Positions 14,964 to 23,268 of a stretch of DNA of 64,000 nt are shown here, one piece after another. The stretch lies in contig JBEKDR010000010.1 of the NCBI GenBank assembly GCA_050014255.1, forward strand, positions 587 to 64,586, given 5' to 3'. The DNA comes from Bacteroidales bacterium (GTDB lineage: Bacteria; Bacteroidota; Bacteroidia; Bacteroidales; VadinHA17). The notes under the pieces were generated by a model that saw only the letters and a program-made list of their open reading frames with translations, was not told the origin of the DNA and ran no database searches. Position 1 is the stretch's first letter, and each line of letters begins with the position of its first letter. A program made the position numbers and the translations under genes.

Positions 14964-16937
14964 ATGAAGCATACCACTTTAAATACTGACGACTTTGAAT
15001 ATTTCGTAGAACAGTTTGAGGATATTAGGGTATTGAAGTATAAACTTCCCGGGTTCGAATCGCTCACCCTTCAGCAAAAAACATTCATATATTATCTTAG
15101 CCAGGCAGCTCTTTCAGGAAGGGATATTATATGGGATCAGAATTTCAGGTTTAATTTACAGATCAGGAAAACCCTTGAAGCCATTTTGGAATCCTATACC
15201 GAAGATAAAACTTGCGATGAATACAGATCTTTTCTGGTTTATGCAAAGAGGATGTTTTTTGCAAATGGAATTCATCATCATTATTCGAATGACAAATTAA
15301 AACCGGGTTTTACAGAAAGTTATTTTGCGAAACTTATAAAGAGAATTGATAAGCATAAACTTCCTCTTAAAAATGGGCAAACTAAGGATGAGCTGATTTC
15401 ACAACTTTCCCCGATTATTTTTGATGAGAGGCTTTTTGGACGAAAAGTTGAAAAGAGAGAAGGTGCTGATATGATTGAAGAATCAGCGATAAACCTGTAT
15501 GAAGATGTGAATCAGAAAGAAGCTGAAGCTTTCTATTCAGGTAAAAATGATCCAAATGACCCTTGCCCTGTTTCACTGGGACTTAATTCCAAAGTTGCAA
15601 AGAAAGATGGTGAAATTGTTGAAGAAGTTTATAGATCAGGAGGTCTCTATGGCGCGGCAATTGATCAGATAATTATGTGGCTTGAAAAAGCAATAATTGT
15701 TGCAGAATCGGAAATGCAGAGGCAAGAGTTACGACTTCTCATTGACTTCTACAGGTCAGGGGATCTTAAAAAATGGGATGAATTCAATGTGCTTTGGGCA
15801 CAGGACAGTGAAGCTGAGGTGGATTATAATAATGGTTTTATAGAAACATACTCCGACCCACTGGGAAGGAAGGCAACATGGGAAGCGATTGTGAATTATA
15901 GAGATATTGAAGCCACTAAGCGAACGAAGATAATTACGGCCAATGCACAGTGGTTTGAGGACAATTCTCCGATTCAACCTCAATACAGGAAAGAAAAAGT
16001 CATAGGGGTAGCCGCAAAGGTTATTAACATTGCAATACTGGGAGGTGATTGTTATCCTGTTTCACCACTTGGAATTAATCTTCCCAATGCTAGCTGGATC
16101 AGGAAAGATGTCGGATCGAAATCAGTTACACTGGCAAATATAACCAATGCATATGATATCACTTCACAGGGAAATGGCTTCCTTGAAGAATTTGCAGCTG
16201 ATCGATCTGAAGTTGACCGGATTAAAAAGTACGGACCATTAGCTGATGCTTTACATACTGATCTCCACGAGTGTGTCGGGCATGCCAGTGGTAAGCTTGC
16301 AGATGGGACTGACCCCAATGCGCTTAAGAACTATGCTTCTCCTCTTGAAGAGGCACGCGCAGATCTTTTTGCTCTGTATTATATGATGGATAATAAAATA
16401 ATAGAACTTGGTCTGCTTCCTGAAGTGGATGCTGCGAAAGCTTCCTATGATACATATCTTCGAAATGGTTTGCTGACACAGATCGTAAGGATAAAACCCG
16501 GAAAAGATATTGAGGAAGCTCATATGCGAAACAGGTCCGCAATATCTAACTGGGTCTTTGAGAAAGGAAGGCAGGGAAATATTGTTGAATTATTCAAACG
16601 GGGCCGGAAAAGCTATGTCAGAATCAATGATTATTACGGACTCAGACAGTTGTTTGGGGAGTTACTTAAAGAGATTCAACGAGTTAAGTCTGAGGGTGAT
16701 TATGAAGCAGGGAAGAGGATAATCGAAAATTTCGGAGTAAAAGTTGATCCGCATTTTCATGCCGAGATTCTGGAACGCTACGAAAAGCTTAACCTGGCGC
16801 CATACACAGGTTTTGTTAACCCGAATCTTTTACCTCTTTATGATGCAAATGGTGAAATAACCGATGTAAAAGTCGAATACGAAAATGATTTCCTGGGTCA
16901 GATGTTATATTATGGACGGAATTATGCGTTTCTATAA
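14964..16937 (+). CDS. Dipeptidyl-peptidase III-like zinc metallopeptidase (family M49)
   Basis: It has the HECVGH (HExxGH) and EEARADL (EExRAE/D) motifs with M49 spacing, at ~657-666 aa. The start is ATG 14964 (MKHTTL) or TTG 14937. Confidence 0.8.
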   Translation: MKHTTLNTDDFEYFVEQFEDIRVLKYKLPGFESLTLQQKTFIYYLSQAALSGRDIIWDQNFRFNLQIRKTLEAILESYTEDKTCDEYRSFLVYAKRMFFANGIHHHYSNDKLKPGFTESYFAKLIKRIDKHKLPLKNGQTKDELISQLSPIIFDERLFGRKVEKREGADMIEESAINLYEDVNQKEAEAFYSGKNDPNDPCPVSLGLNSKVAKKDGEIVEEVYRSGGLYGAAIDQIIMWLEKAIIVAESEMQRQELRLLIDFYRSGDLKKWDEFNVLWAQDSEAEVDYNNGFIETYSDPLGRKATWEAIVNYRDIEATKRTKIITANAQWFEDNSPIQPQYRKEKVIGVAAKVINIAILGGDCYPVSPLGINLPNASWIRKDVGSKSVTLANITNAYDITSQGNGFLEEFAADRSEVDRIKKYGPLADALHTDLHECVGHASGKLADGTDPNALKNYASPLEEARADLFALYYMMDNKIIELGLLPEVDAAKASYDTYLRNGLLTQIVRIKPGKDIEEAHMRNRSAISNWVFEKGRQGNIVELFKRGRKSYVRINDYYGLRQLFGELLKEIQRVKSEGDYEAGKRIIENFGVKVDPHFHAEILERYEKLNLAPYTGFVNPNLLPLYDANGEITDVKVEYENDFLGQMLYYGRNYAFL

Positions 16938-16943
16938 TATGTA

Positions 16944-17040
16944 GGCCCCCCATCCCCCCTAAAGGGGGGCTAATACACGATTTTTTAGAATCTTTTCTTA
17001 GTATGCGGGAATTAACCCCCCTTTAGGGGGGCAGGGGGGC
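16944..17040. repeat. Inverted pair of C6-N4-G6 hairpin elements between convergent genes (candidate bidirectional terminators)
   Basis: The hairpin cccccctaaagggggg lies at 16954-16969 and cccccctttagggggg at 17016-17031. The flanking ggcccccca / caggggggc make the two ~24-nt units reverse complements of each other. A T-run follows the first hairpin. Confidence 0.7.
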
Positions 17041-17061
17041 AAGAAATCAGGGGAACAAATA

Positions 17062-18306
17062 TCACTTCATATTCTTCCAGAACTTCTCTTCCGATCTTTG
17101 CATCTCTCTTCTTTTTTTATTCTCAAGAAGAGCATAAAAAACTATCCCGATAGTTCCAAAGATTAAAAGACCCAGAAGAAGGTATTTAATTATTTCTGAA
17201 ACATTGCTCTGGCCATACATTGCCATATTGTTTACCTGATCGTAAGAACCGGTTGATTCATCAACTTTTGATCCTACATTTATACCGAATATATTCTTCA
17301 TGAAAAAGAGAAGGAAGAATGTCAACAGACCTGATGCAACCGGAGAAATAATCCAACCGAGACCAATTTCACCTAACACTCTGAAATTGATATTTCTTGC
17401 ACCTTTATACAGGCCAATTCCCAGAATGCATCCGACAACAACCTGCGAACTTGAAACCGGGACCATTGGAATAGGAGGGAGACCTGTTTTTGCAATTAAA
17501 TTGGAAAGTCCGGTTGATGAAAAGATAAACAGAACAAGCGATTGAGCCAGAACTACAACAAGAGCAGCTTCCGATGAAAGTTCCAGAATATTGCTTCCAA
17601 CAGTTTCCATAACTTTCCATGAATATGTGATAATCCCTGAGGCGATAGCAAGGCCTCCGAGGAGAAATAACTGCTGACTTGAATCAAGAGTAATGATCCA
17701 GAGATTAAGATCATGGAGATTAAAGGCCGGTACAAAAACTCCCATGACGTTTGCAATATTGTTTGCACCAAGACTATAAGCTCCAAAAGCTCCGACAACG
17801 ATCAGACCTGTTTTGATATAAGACTCAAACCTGATGAGATGAATCCTTGCTGATTTCTTAAATCTTTTCAGTAAAATATACAAAAGAATAGCAAAGAATG
17901 CTCCGATTATTGGACCTGCAATCCATGCTGCTACTATTGTTCCCAGGGTTGAACTGTCTGTCTGGTTCCCTGTAAAAAAATTCCATCCGATTATTGCACC
18001 AACAATCGCCTGGGTTGTTGAAACAGGAATTGCAAATTTTAAAGTCATGTAAATGGTAAGAGCTGCAGCCAGGGCAACCGTGAAGGACCCCCCGATCGCA
18101 TTTACGGCGCCTAGTCTACTAAGCGTATGCGATGTTCCCGATCCCTGAATGACTGCACCAAGGATAAAAAAAAATGAAGCAATAATGGCTGCTTTCCTGA
18201 AACTCACCATTTTAGAACCCACGGCTGAGCCAAAAACATTAGAAGCATCATTTGCCCCTAGTGACCAACCCAGAAAGAGACCGCTGGTTAAGAAGAATAA
18301 AATCAT
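17062..18306 (-). CDS. Inorganic phosphate transporter, PiT family
   Basis: 414 aa and polytopic. The duplicated PiT signature GANDASNVFG appears near the N-terminus and GANNIANVMG in the second half. Confidence 0.85.
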   Translation of the reverse strand: MILFFLTSGLFLGWSLGANDASNVFGSAVGSKMVSFRKAAIIASFFFILGAVIQGSGTSHTLSRLGAVNAIGGSFTVALAAALTIYMTLKFAIPVSTTQAIVGAIIGWNFFTGNQTDSSTLGTIVAAWIAGPIIGAFFAILLYILLKRFKKSARIHLIRFESYIKTGLIVVGAFGAYSLGANNIANVMGVFVPAFNLHDLNLWIITLDSSQQLFLLGGLAIASGIITYSWKVMETVGSNILELSSEAALVVVLAQSLVLFIFSSTGLSNLIAKTGLPPIPMVPVSSSQVVVGCILGIGLYKGARNINFRVLGEIGLGWIISPVASGLLTFFLLFFMKNIFGINVGSKVDESTGSYDQVNNMAMYGQSNVSEIIKYLLLGLLIFGTIGIVFYALLENKKRREMQRSEEKFWKNMK

Positions 18307-18356
18307 TTCTCTTGGATAACTCCTGTACTTTAAATAAATTCCTTATGTTATTTAAT

Positions 18357-18496
18357 GTTGCTCGTTGCTAGTTCCTTGTTACCAGTTTCTTGTTTCTTGC
18401 ACTTACAAGTTTCTTTTTACTTTTATCTTTTTACTTTTGTCTTTTGTCTTTGACTAACCAGCAACCAGCAACCAGCAACCAGCAACCAGCAACCAG
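18357..18496. repeat. Phase-locked array of 20 heptamers in three blocks: (GTTNNNN)x6, 2 transitional, (CTTTTNN)x6, (CAACCAG)x6
   Basis: Parsed by hand from 18357: gttgctc gttgcta gttcctt gttacca gtttctt gtttctt gcactta caagttt cttttta cttttat cttttta cttttgt cttttgt ctttgac taaccag caaccag x5. It lies between the DUF47 stop (18504) and the PiT start (18306). Confidence 0.9.
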
Positions 18497-18503
18497 TTCC
18501 TGG

Positions 18504-19154
18504 TTACATTACAATCTTTATCGCCATTCCCGAGAGCAGATCCGCTGCCTTCTGGGCCAGATCGGAAATGTTTTCAATATGATGGATTATATATCTTAAA
18601 TGTGCCTTATGTGCAAGGTCCATCTCGTCAGTCTCCTGGAAAATAATTTTTTTAATGCTTAATGAAAGTTTATCGGTTTCACTTTCAAAATAATAGACTT
18701 TTAGCAGTTTTTCCCTTACCGTATATGGCGCTTTGAAATAAGCCCTAGCAGCAGGAATTAGTTCTTCTGCCGCACTTACAGAAGTTTCTGTAAGACCGAT
18801 AAGGCTTTTGTTAAGTGAAGAAGGAATTTCAGGCAATTCAATGTTAATTTCATTTAGCGAGCTCTTAAGAGCATCTATAATTTCGTCGAGTTCATCGATA
18901 AGTGTACTGACTTCAGATCTGTGCTGCGGCAAAATTGAATGAGTAATCATTTCATTTTCAATTTCCCGCTGAAGCCTGTCTGCATTGTTTTCAAGATTAT
19001 CAACTTTCTGAAGATGCCTGTTGAAAGCACCAGTATCTTTATCCAGATATGCTTTTATACCTTCTCTGAAAACCAGAAGCCCAAGATCTATATCGTCAAA
19101 AAACTCATCGATCTTAATTATCAGGTTCTTAGTCGTTCTTGTAAAAACTGGCAT
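18504..19154 (-). CDS. DUF47 / PhoU-like phosphate transport regulator (TIGR00153-type), partner of PiT
   Basis: The helical ~216-aa protein sits directly upstream of PiT on the same strand, which is the classic DUF47-PiT pair. I prefer the start at MPVFTRTTKN (19154) over 19181. Confidence 0.7.
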   Translation of the reverse strand: MPVFTRTTKNLIIKIDEFFDDIDLGLLVFREGIKAYLDKDTGAFNRHLQKVDNLENNADRLQREIENEMITHSILPQHRSEVSTLIDELDEIIDALKSSLNEINIELPEIPSSLNKSLIGLTETSVSAAEELIPAARAYFKAPYTVREKLLKVYYFESETDKLSLSIKKIIFQETDEMDLAHKAHLRYIIHHIENISDLAQKAADLLSGMAIKIVM

Positions 19155-19314
19155 TTTTATAAATTTTGGTTGGATAAACAAATATAAAACGAATAATGTT
19201 ATTGTCGTTCGAATGTTCTAAGATTTAAAGGAACAAGACTCATTTCCCTGTGTCTCTTTATAAAATCTTTATATTATTTTGAACAAACTTTATAGATTCC
19301 TAACGGACTTTAAT

Positions 19315-19322
19315 TAATTTTG
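19315..19322 (+). promoter_or_regulatory. Candidate -7 box TAATTTTG (TAnnTTTG) upstream of the APC permease gene
   Basis: Exact motif match ~67 nt upstream of the start at 19389. Motif only. Confidence 0.25.
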
Positions 19323-19388
19323 CGCGATTTATTTCATGTATAGTTCAAATGGTAAAAGACTTCAGTTGAATAAATGAGTTAAGGGATT

Positions 19389-21410
19389 ATGAAGAGGACA
19401 CATATGGAGAAATCTGCTGAAGTATTTTCGTTTAATGAAAAACTAAAAAATACATTTATTGGCAAGGCCAAAGCCCTTCAGGACAAAAGAATATTCCATA
19501 AATTAACTTTAGTTGCATTTTTTGCATGGATCGGTCTTGGGGCAGATGGAATATCATCATCATGCTACGGGCCGGAGGAAGCATACCGGAACCTGCAGGG
19601 ACATCCAGCCTTAGCAATTTTTGTTGCTCTTGGAACCGTATTTACTATTGTTATTATAAGTTCAAGTTACAACCAGATAGTGCGCCTGTTCCCGCATGGT
19701 GGAGGTGGATATCTGGTCGGAAGCAAATTATTGTCGCCAACAACCGGAATGATATCCGGTTCTGCCCTTATAATAGACTATGTACTTACAATAACACTTT
19801 CCGTATCGAGTGGAGCTGATGCTATTTTTAGTTATTTTCCTGTCGGATTCCAACCCTATAAACTGCCTTTTGCCTTGATGGGGGTATGTTTCCTGATTCT
19901 GTTGAACCTTAGAGGAGTGAAAGAATCGGTAGTTTCTCTGACTCCGATATTTGTAATATTCATCACTACTCATGTAATTGCCATTTTATATGGGATTTTA
20001 ATTCATTCCTCCAATTTTGCTGCTGTTGCCAGTCAGACAACAAATGAAATCCATTCAACTGTAAATCAATTTGGTTTTTTTGCCACATTCCTTATAATCC
20101 TCCGGGCATACAGTATGGGTGCTGGAACCTACACGGGAATTGAGGCCGTAAGTAACGGCATGCCCATTTTGCGCGAGCCTAAAGTAGCAACTGCCCGGAA
20201 AACTATGTTTTTGATGACAATTTCGTTATCATTTATGGTTTTGGGTCTTATGGTTTGTTACATGTTATTTAATGTACAACTTAATACTCACAAAACTTTA
20301 AATGCGGTATTATTTGATAACCTGACGATTGGGTGGGGACCCTTCTGGTCCAGAAGCTTTGTTCTGATTACTCTGATATCGGAAGCGGCATTGTTGTTTG
20401 TTGCTGCACAAACAGGATTTATAGATGGCCCGAGAATTATGGCAAATATGGCAATCGATCATTGGTTCCCAAAAAGATTTGCGTCCCTCAGCGATCGCCT
20501 GGTAACAATGAACGGAGTTTTGTTAATGGGTACCGGATCTCTTATTATAATGGCTATATCCAAAGGTTCAGTTGCATTACTGGTTGTTCTCTATAGTATA
20601 AACGTGTTCATTACGTTTACAATCTCTCAGGTGGGAATGGTGAAGCATTGGTGGCAGATGAGAGATAAAAAGTTTCCATGGAAACGTAAATTAGCTATAA
20701 ACGGAATAGGCCTTGTACTTACATCTTTTATACTGATCTCCGTAATCATTATTAAATTTGGACAAGGAGGCTGGGTTACCTTAATTATTACCGGTTTACT
20801 CATCTTATTAGCTGTTAATATTAAGCGACATTATTTTAAAACTGCAGTAAAACTTCAGAAGCTTAGATTAAAAGCTTTCAAAGAAATTGAAATGCTGATC
20901 CATCAGCGTCCCTGTGAAGACAGAAACCTGAAAAAAGTCAAGTTTAAAAAGGATGGCAAAACTGCAATTATATTAGTGAGCGGTTTTGGCGGAACAGGAT
21001 TATACACATTTTTGCGAATTCTCGAAAACTTTAAAGGGGTATATGACAATATAGTTTTTGTCAGGATTGGCATAATTAATTCCAAAATTTACAGAGGAAC
21101 TGTTGAACTGGAACATTTTAAAAAACAGGTAAAAGAGGACGGTGAAAAGTATGTAAATGTGGCCAATCAATTTGGTTTATATGGAAAAAGTCTCTGGACA
21201 ATTGGAACAGACCCTGTAAACGAAATATATCGTATCGTTAAAAGATTAATGCCCCGATTGTCGGGTGCAGCTTTCTTTGGCGGGCAATTGGTTTTCTCCA
21301 AAACATTTTACCTTTCCAAGTTATTGCATAACCATACCATTTTTTCAATTCAGAAGAGATTCTTCAAATTTGGCATCCCAATAGTTATTTTCCCGATCAG
21401 GGTTGAATAA
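19389..21410 (+). CDS. APC-superfamily permease with ~200-aa cytoplasmic C-terminal domain
   Basis: 673 aa. There are about 12 TM helices in the first ~470 aa with amino acid/polyamine permease-like composition, followed by a soluble C-terminal domain of unknown function. An alternative start is MEKS at 19404. Confidence 0.7.
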   Translation: MKRTHMEKSAEVFSFNEKLKNTFIGKAKALQDKRIFHKLTLVAFFAWIGLGADGISSSCYGPEEAYRNLQGHPALAIFVALGTVFTIVIISSSYNQIVRLFPHGGGGYLVGSKLLSPTTGMISGSALIIDYVLTITLSVSSGADAIFSYFPVGFQPYKLPFALMGVCFLILLNLRGVKESVVSLTPIFVIFITTHVIAILYGILIHSSNFAAVASQTTNEIHSTVNQFGFFATFLIILRAYSMGAGTYTGIEAVSNGMPILREPKVATARKTMFLMTISLSFMVLGLMVCYMLFNVQLNTHKTLNAVLFDNLTIGWGPFWSRSFVLITLISEAALLFVAAQTGFIDGPRIMANMAIDHWFPKRFASLSDRLVTMNGVLLMGTGSLIIMAISKGSVALLVVLYSINVFITFTISQVGMVKHWWQMRDKKFPWKRKLAINGIGLVLTSFILISVIIIKFGQGGWVTLIITGLLILLAVNIKRHYFKTAVKLQKLRLKAFKEIEMLIHQRPCEDRNLKKVKFKKDGKTAIILVSGFGGTGLYTFLRILENFKGVYDNIVFVRIGIINSKIYRGTVELEHFKKQVKEDGEKYVNVANQFGLYGKSLWTIGTDPVNEIYRIVKRLMPRLSGAAFFGGQLVFSKTFYLSKLLHNHTIFSIQKRFFKFGIPIVIFPIRVE

Positions 21411-21586
21411 CAAGGAATAAATTCAAAGCGTACCTTTGGTACATTCTCATTAGTTATCACTGAGATTTTACTTTCAATCGAGTATTATGCTTTCATATTT
21501 ATAAAATCTTTATGGTTTAAATCTCCATTTTTACAAAACCTTTATAAGTTTCCGTGCAATTTTGTACCGTTTGAAATTTTATAAAA

Positions 21587-21763
21587 ATGACTGATCTTTT
21601 ACTTATATTAAAGCTATTCGGTGATTTAATTCTTCTCTTCATACTTGGACGCATAGTTGGTCATCTTTTTAAATTAGACAAATATTATGAAGATATTCAC
21701 AAGTATAAAAACGAAAATATTAAAAGGTGCGGAAATGAAGATGATCAAAATTATGGCAATTAA
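21587..21763 (+). CDS. Possible small membrane protein (58 aa)
   Basis: The ATG-started ORF MTDLLLILKLFGDLILLFILGRIVGHLFKLDKYYEDIHKYKNENIKRCGNEDDQNYGN falls just below the ORF-track cutoff. It has one hydrophobic helix and lies 20 nt upstream of the porin gene. There is no homology evidence. Confidence 0.3.
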   Translation: MTDLLLILKLFGDLILLFILGRIVGHLFKLDKYYEDIHKYKNENIKRCGNEDDQNYGN

Positions 21764-21783
21764 GTAATAAATAATAATATACA

Positions 21784-22860
21784 GTGAGAAACTTTTTTAT
21801 AGCAACATTTTTGCTGATAACATCAACATCATTTGCTCAAGCAGACAGTAGTAAATCTTCACTTACGTTATCAGGTTACACTGAAGTGTATTATAGTTAT
21901 GATTTCGGAAATCCCGGTAATCACGAGCGACCATCTTTCTTTTACAATTTCAACAGACATAATGAAGTGAATCTGAATCTTGGGTTCATCAATGCGAGTT
22001 ATGCTACAAAAAATGTCCGGGCAAATTTCGGATTGATGGAGGGAACCTGGGCTCAGTATAACTCATCTGCAGAACAACCCTTACTCAAAAATTTATGGCA
22101 GGCAAATGTTGGGGTGAAATTGTCCAAAAAGAAAAATTTCTGGTTAGATGCAGGAGTATTTCCATCACATATTGGATTTGAAAGTCCTATTGGAAAAAGT
22201 TGCGATGCACTTACACGTTGCATTATAGGCGACAACACACCAAGTTGGGAAAGTGGAATTAAAATTGGTTACACATCCGACAACGGAAAATGGTTTCTCT
22301 CTGGATTAGTTGTGAATGGCTGGCAGAGGATTGCTCGTGTCAATGGAAACAATACCCCTGCTTTCGGAACACAAATTACATTTACTCCAAACGGGAAAGT
22401 TACATTTAACTATAGCACATTTATCGGAAATGATAAACCGGAGAGTGTTTCTCAAATGCGCTACTACCATAATTTCTACGCATTACTTAATGCAACAGAT
22501 AAATTCAGGATCACCCTAGGTTTTGATTATGGCATGGAACAAATAAGTAAAGGCAGCAGTAAGTATAACACACTATACAGCCCTGTAATGATTTTTCGCT
22601 ATCAGTGCTGTAATAAGCTGGCAGTTGCTATACGAGGAGAATATTATAATGACAAAAATGGAATTATCATTACCACAGGCACTCCCAACGGATTCCAAAC
22701 TTTCGGTTATTCATTAAATTTCGATTACAAAATTAGTGACAATGTAATGTGGCGAATAGAAGGAAGGGGACTTAGCAGCAAAGACAAGATATTCACCTTA
22801 GACAATAAAGTTTCCAATCAAAACTATTTTGTGACTACATCATTAGCTATTGCTTTTTAA
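21784..22860 (+). CDS. Outer-membrane beta-barrel porin associated with the kdp locus
   Basis: It has the signal peptide MRNFFIATFLLITSTSFAQA, an alternating beta-strand pattern, a C-terminal aromatic residue (LAIAF) and a GTG start. Porin genes of this type accompany kdp operons in Bacteroidota (from memory). Confidence 0.6.
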   Translation: MRNFFIATFLLITSTSFAQADSSKSSLTLSGYTEVYYSYDFGNPGNHERPSFFYNFNRHNEVNLNLGFINASYATKNVRANFGLMEGTWAQYNSSAEQPLLKNLWQANVGVKLSKKKNFWLDAGVFPSHIGFESPIGKSCDALTRCIIGDNTPSWESGIKIGYTSDNGKWFLSGLVVNGWQRIARVNGNNTPAFGTQITFTPNGKVTFNYSTFIGNDKPESVSQMRYYHNFYALLNATDKFRITLGFDYGMEQISKGSSKYNTLYSPVMIFRYQCCNKLAVAIRGEYYNDKNGIIITTGTPNGFQTFGYSLNFDYKISDNVMWRIEGRGLSSKDKIFTLDNKVSNQNYFVTTSLAIAF

Positions 22861-23059
22861 TGAACAACAAACAATATGACCATTGCACTGCAGATAGGAA
22901 TAGTTAAGTACAAAGAGCATCATTTCATTGAACCTTATAATTTTTTACTTTGTCATACCTTTTTATCTTAAATTTATAGTTCCTGAAAATATAAATGTGT
23001 TCTTTAAAATTTTTATATCTCTTCATTGTTTTTTTATAATTTCTTTATATCCTGCTGCT

Positions 23060-23067
23060 TATTTTTG
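23060..23067 (+). promoter_or_regulatory. Candidate -7 box TATTTTTG (TAnnTTTG) for the kdpFABC operon
   Basis: Exact motif match 25 nt upstream of the ATG at 23092. Confidence 0.3.
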
Positions 23068-23091
23068 CAACATGATCAAAACAGAAACAAA

Positions 23092-23256
23092 ATGAAAACA
23101 AAAATTGCAAAATCTTTTATGTCTCTTGCAGTTGTACCTGTTCACTCTGATGCAGCTGTCTCTAATAGTCCTTTAAGTTACCTTATCGGAGGTATTATAG
23201 CCCTGCTTATATTGGGTTATTTAATATACACTTTATTACGTCCTGATAAATTTTAA
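23092..23256 (+). CDS. kdpF: K+-transporting ATPase subunit F (KdpF) with N-terminal extension
   Basis: The C-terminal 28 aa LSYLIGGIIALLILGYLIYTLLRPDKF match the KdpF single-TM peptide. It ends 12 nt before kdpA. The start is uncertain (ATG 23092 or 23119). Confidence 0.65.
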   Translation: MKTKIAKSFMSLAVVPVHSDAAVSNSPLSYLIGGIIALLILGYLIYTLLRPDKF

Positions 23257-23268
23257 TACTTCGAAAAC

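Noticed and set aside
15052-15061. GGTTCGAATC, a tRNA T-loop-like string
   Set aside because: It lies inside the well-supported DPP-III coding frame (PGFES), and no cloverleaf arms can be drawn around it.
18165-18180. A9/T9 homopolymer inside the PiT coding sequence as a phase-variation switch
   Set aside because: Homopolymer runs of this length are common in AT-rich genomes. The frame is intact and there is no supporting evidence of variation.
21430-21442. GTACC-TTT-GGTAC hairpin after the APC permease gene as a terminator
   Set aside because: The stem is only 5 bp with no U-tract, which is too weak to call.
23026-23091. 76-aa ORF as the kdpF gene product
   Set aside because: Only the last ~28 aa resemble KdpF. 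The first 22 codons start at a non-ATG codon and overlap the candidate -7 box. I prefer the ATG at 23092 (or 23119).
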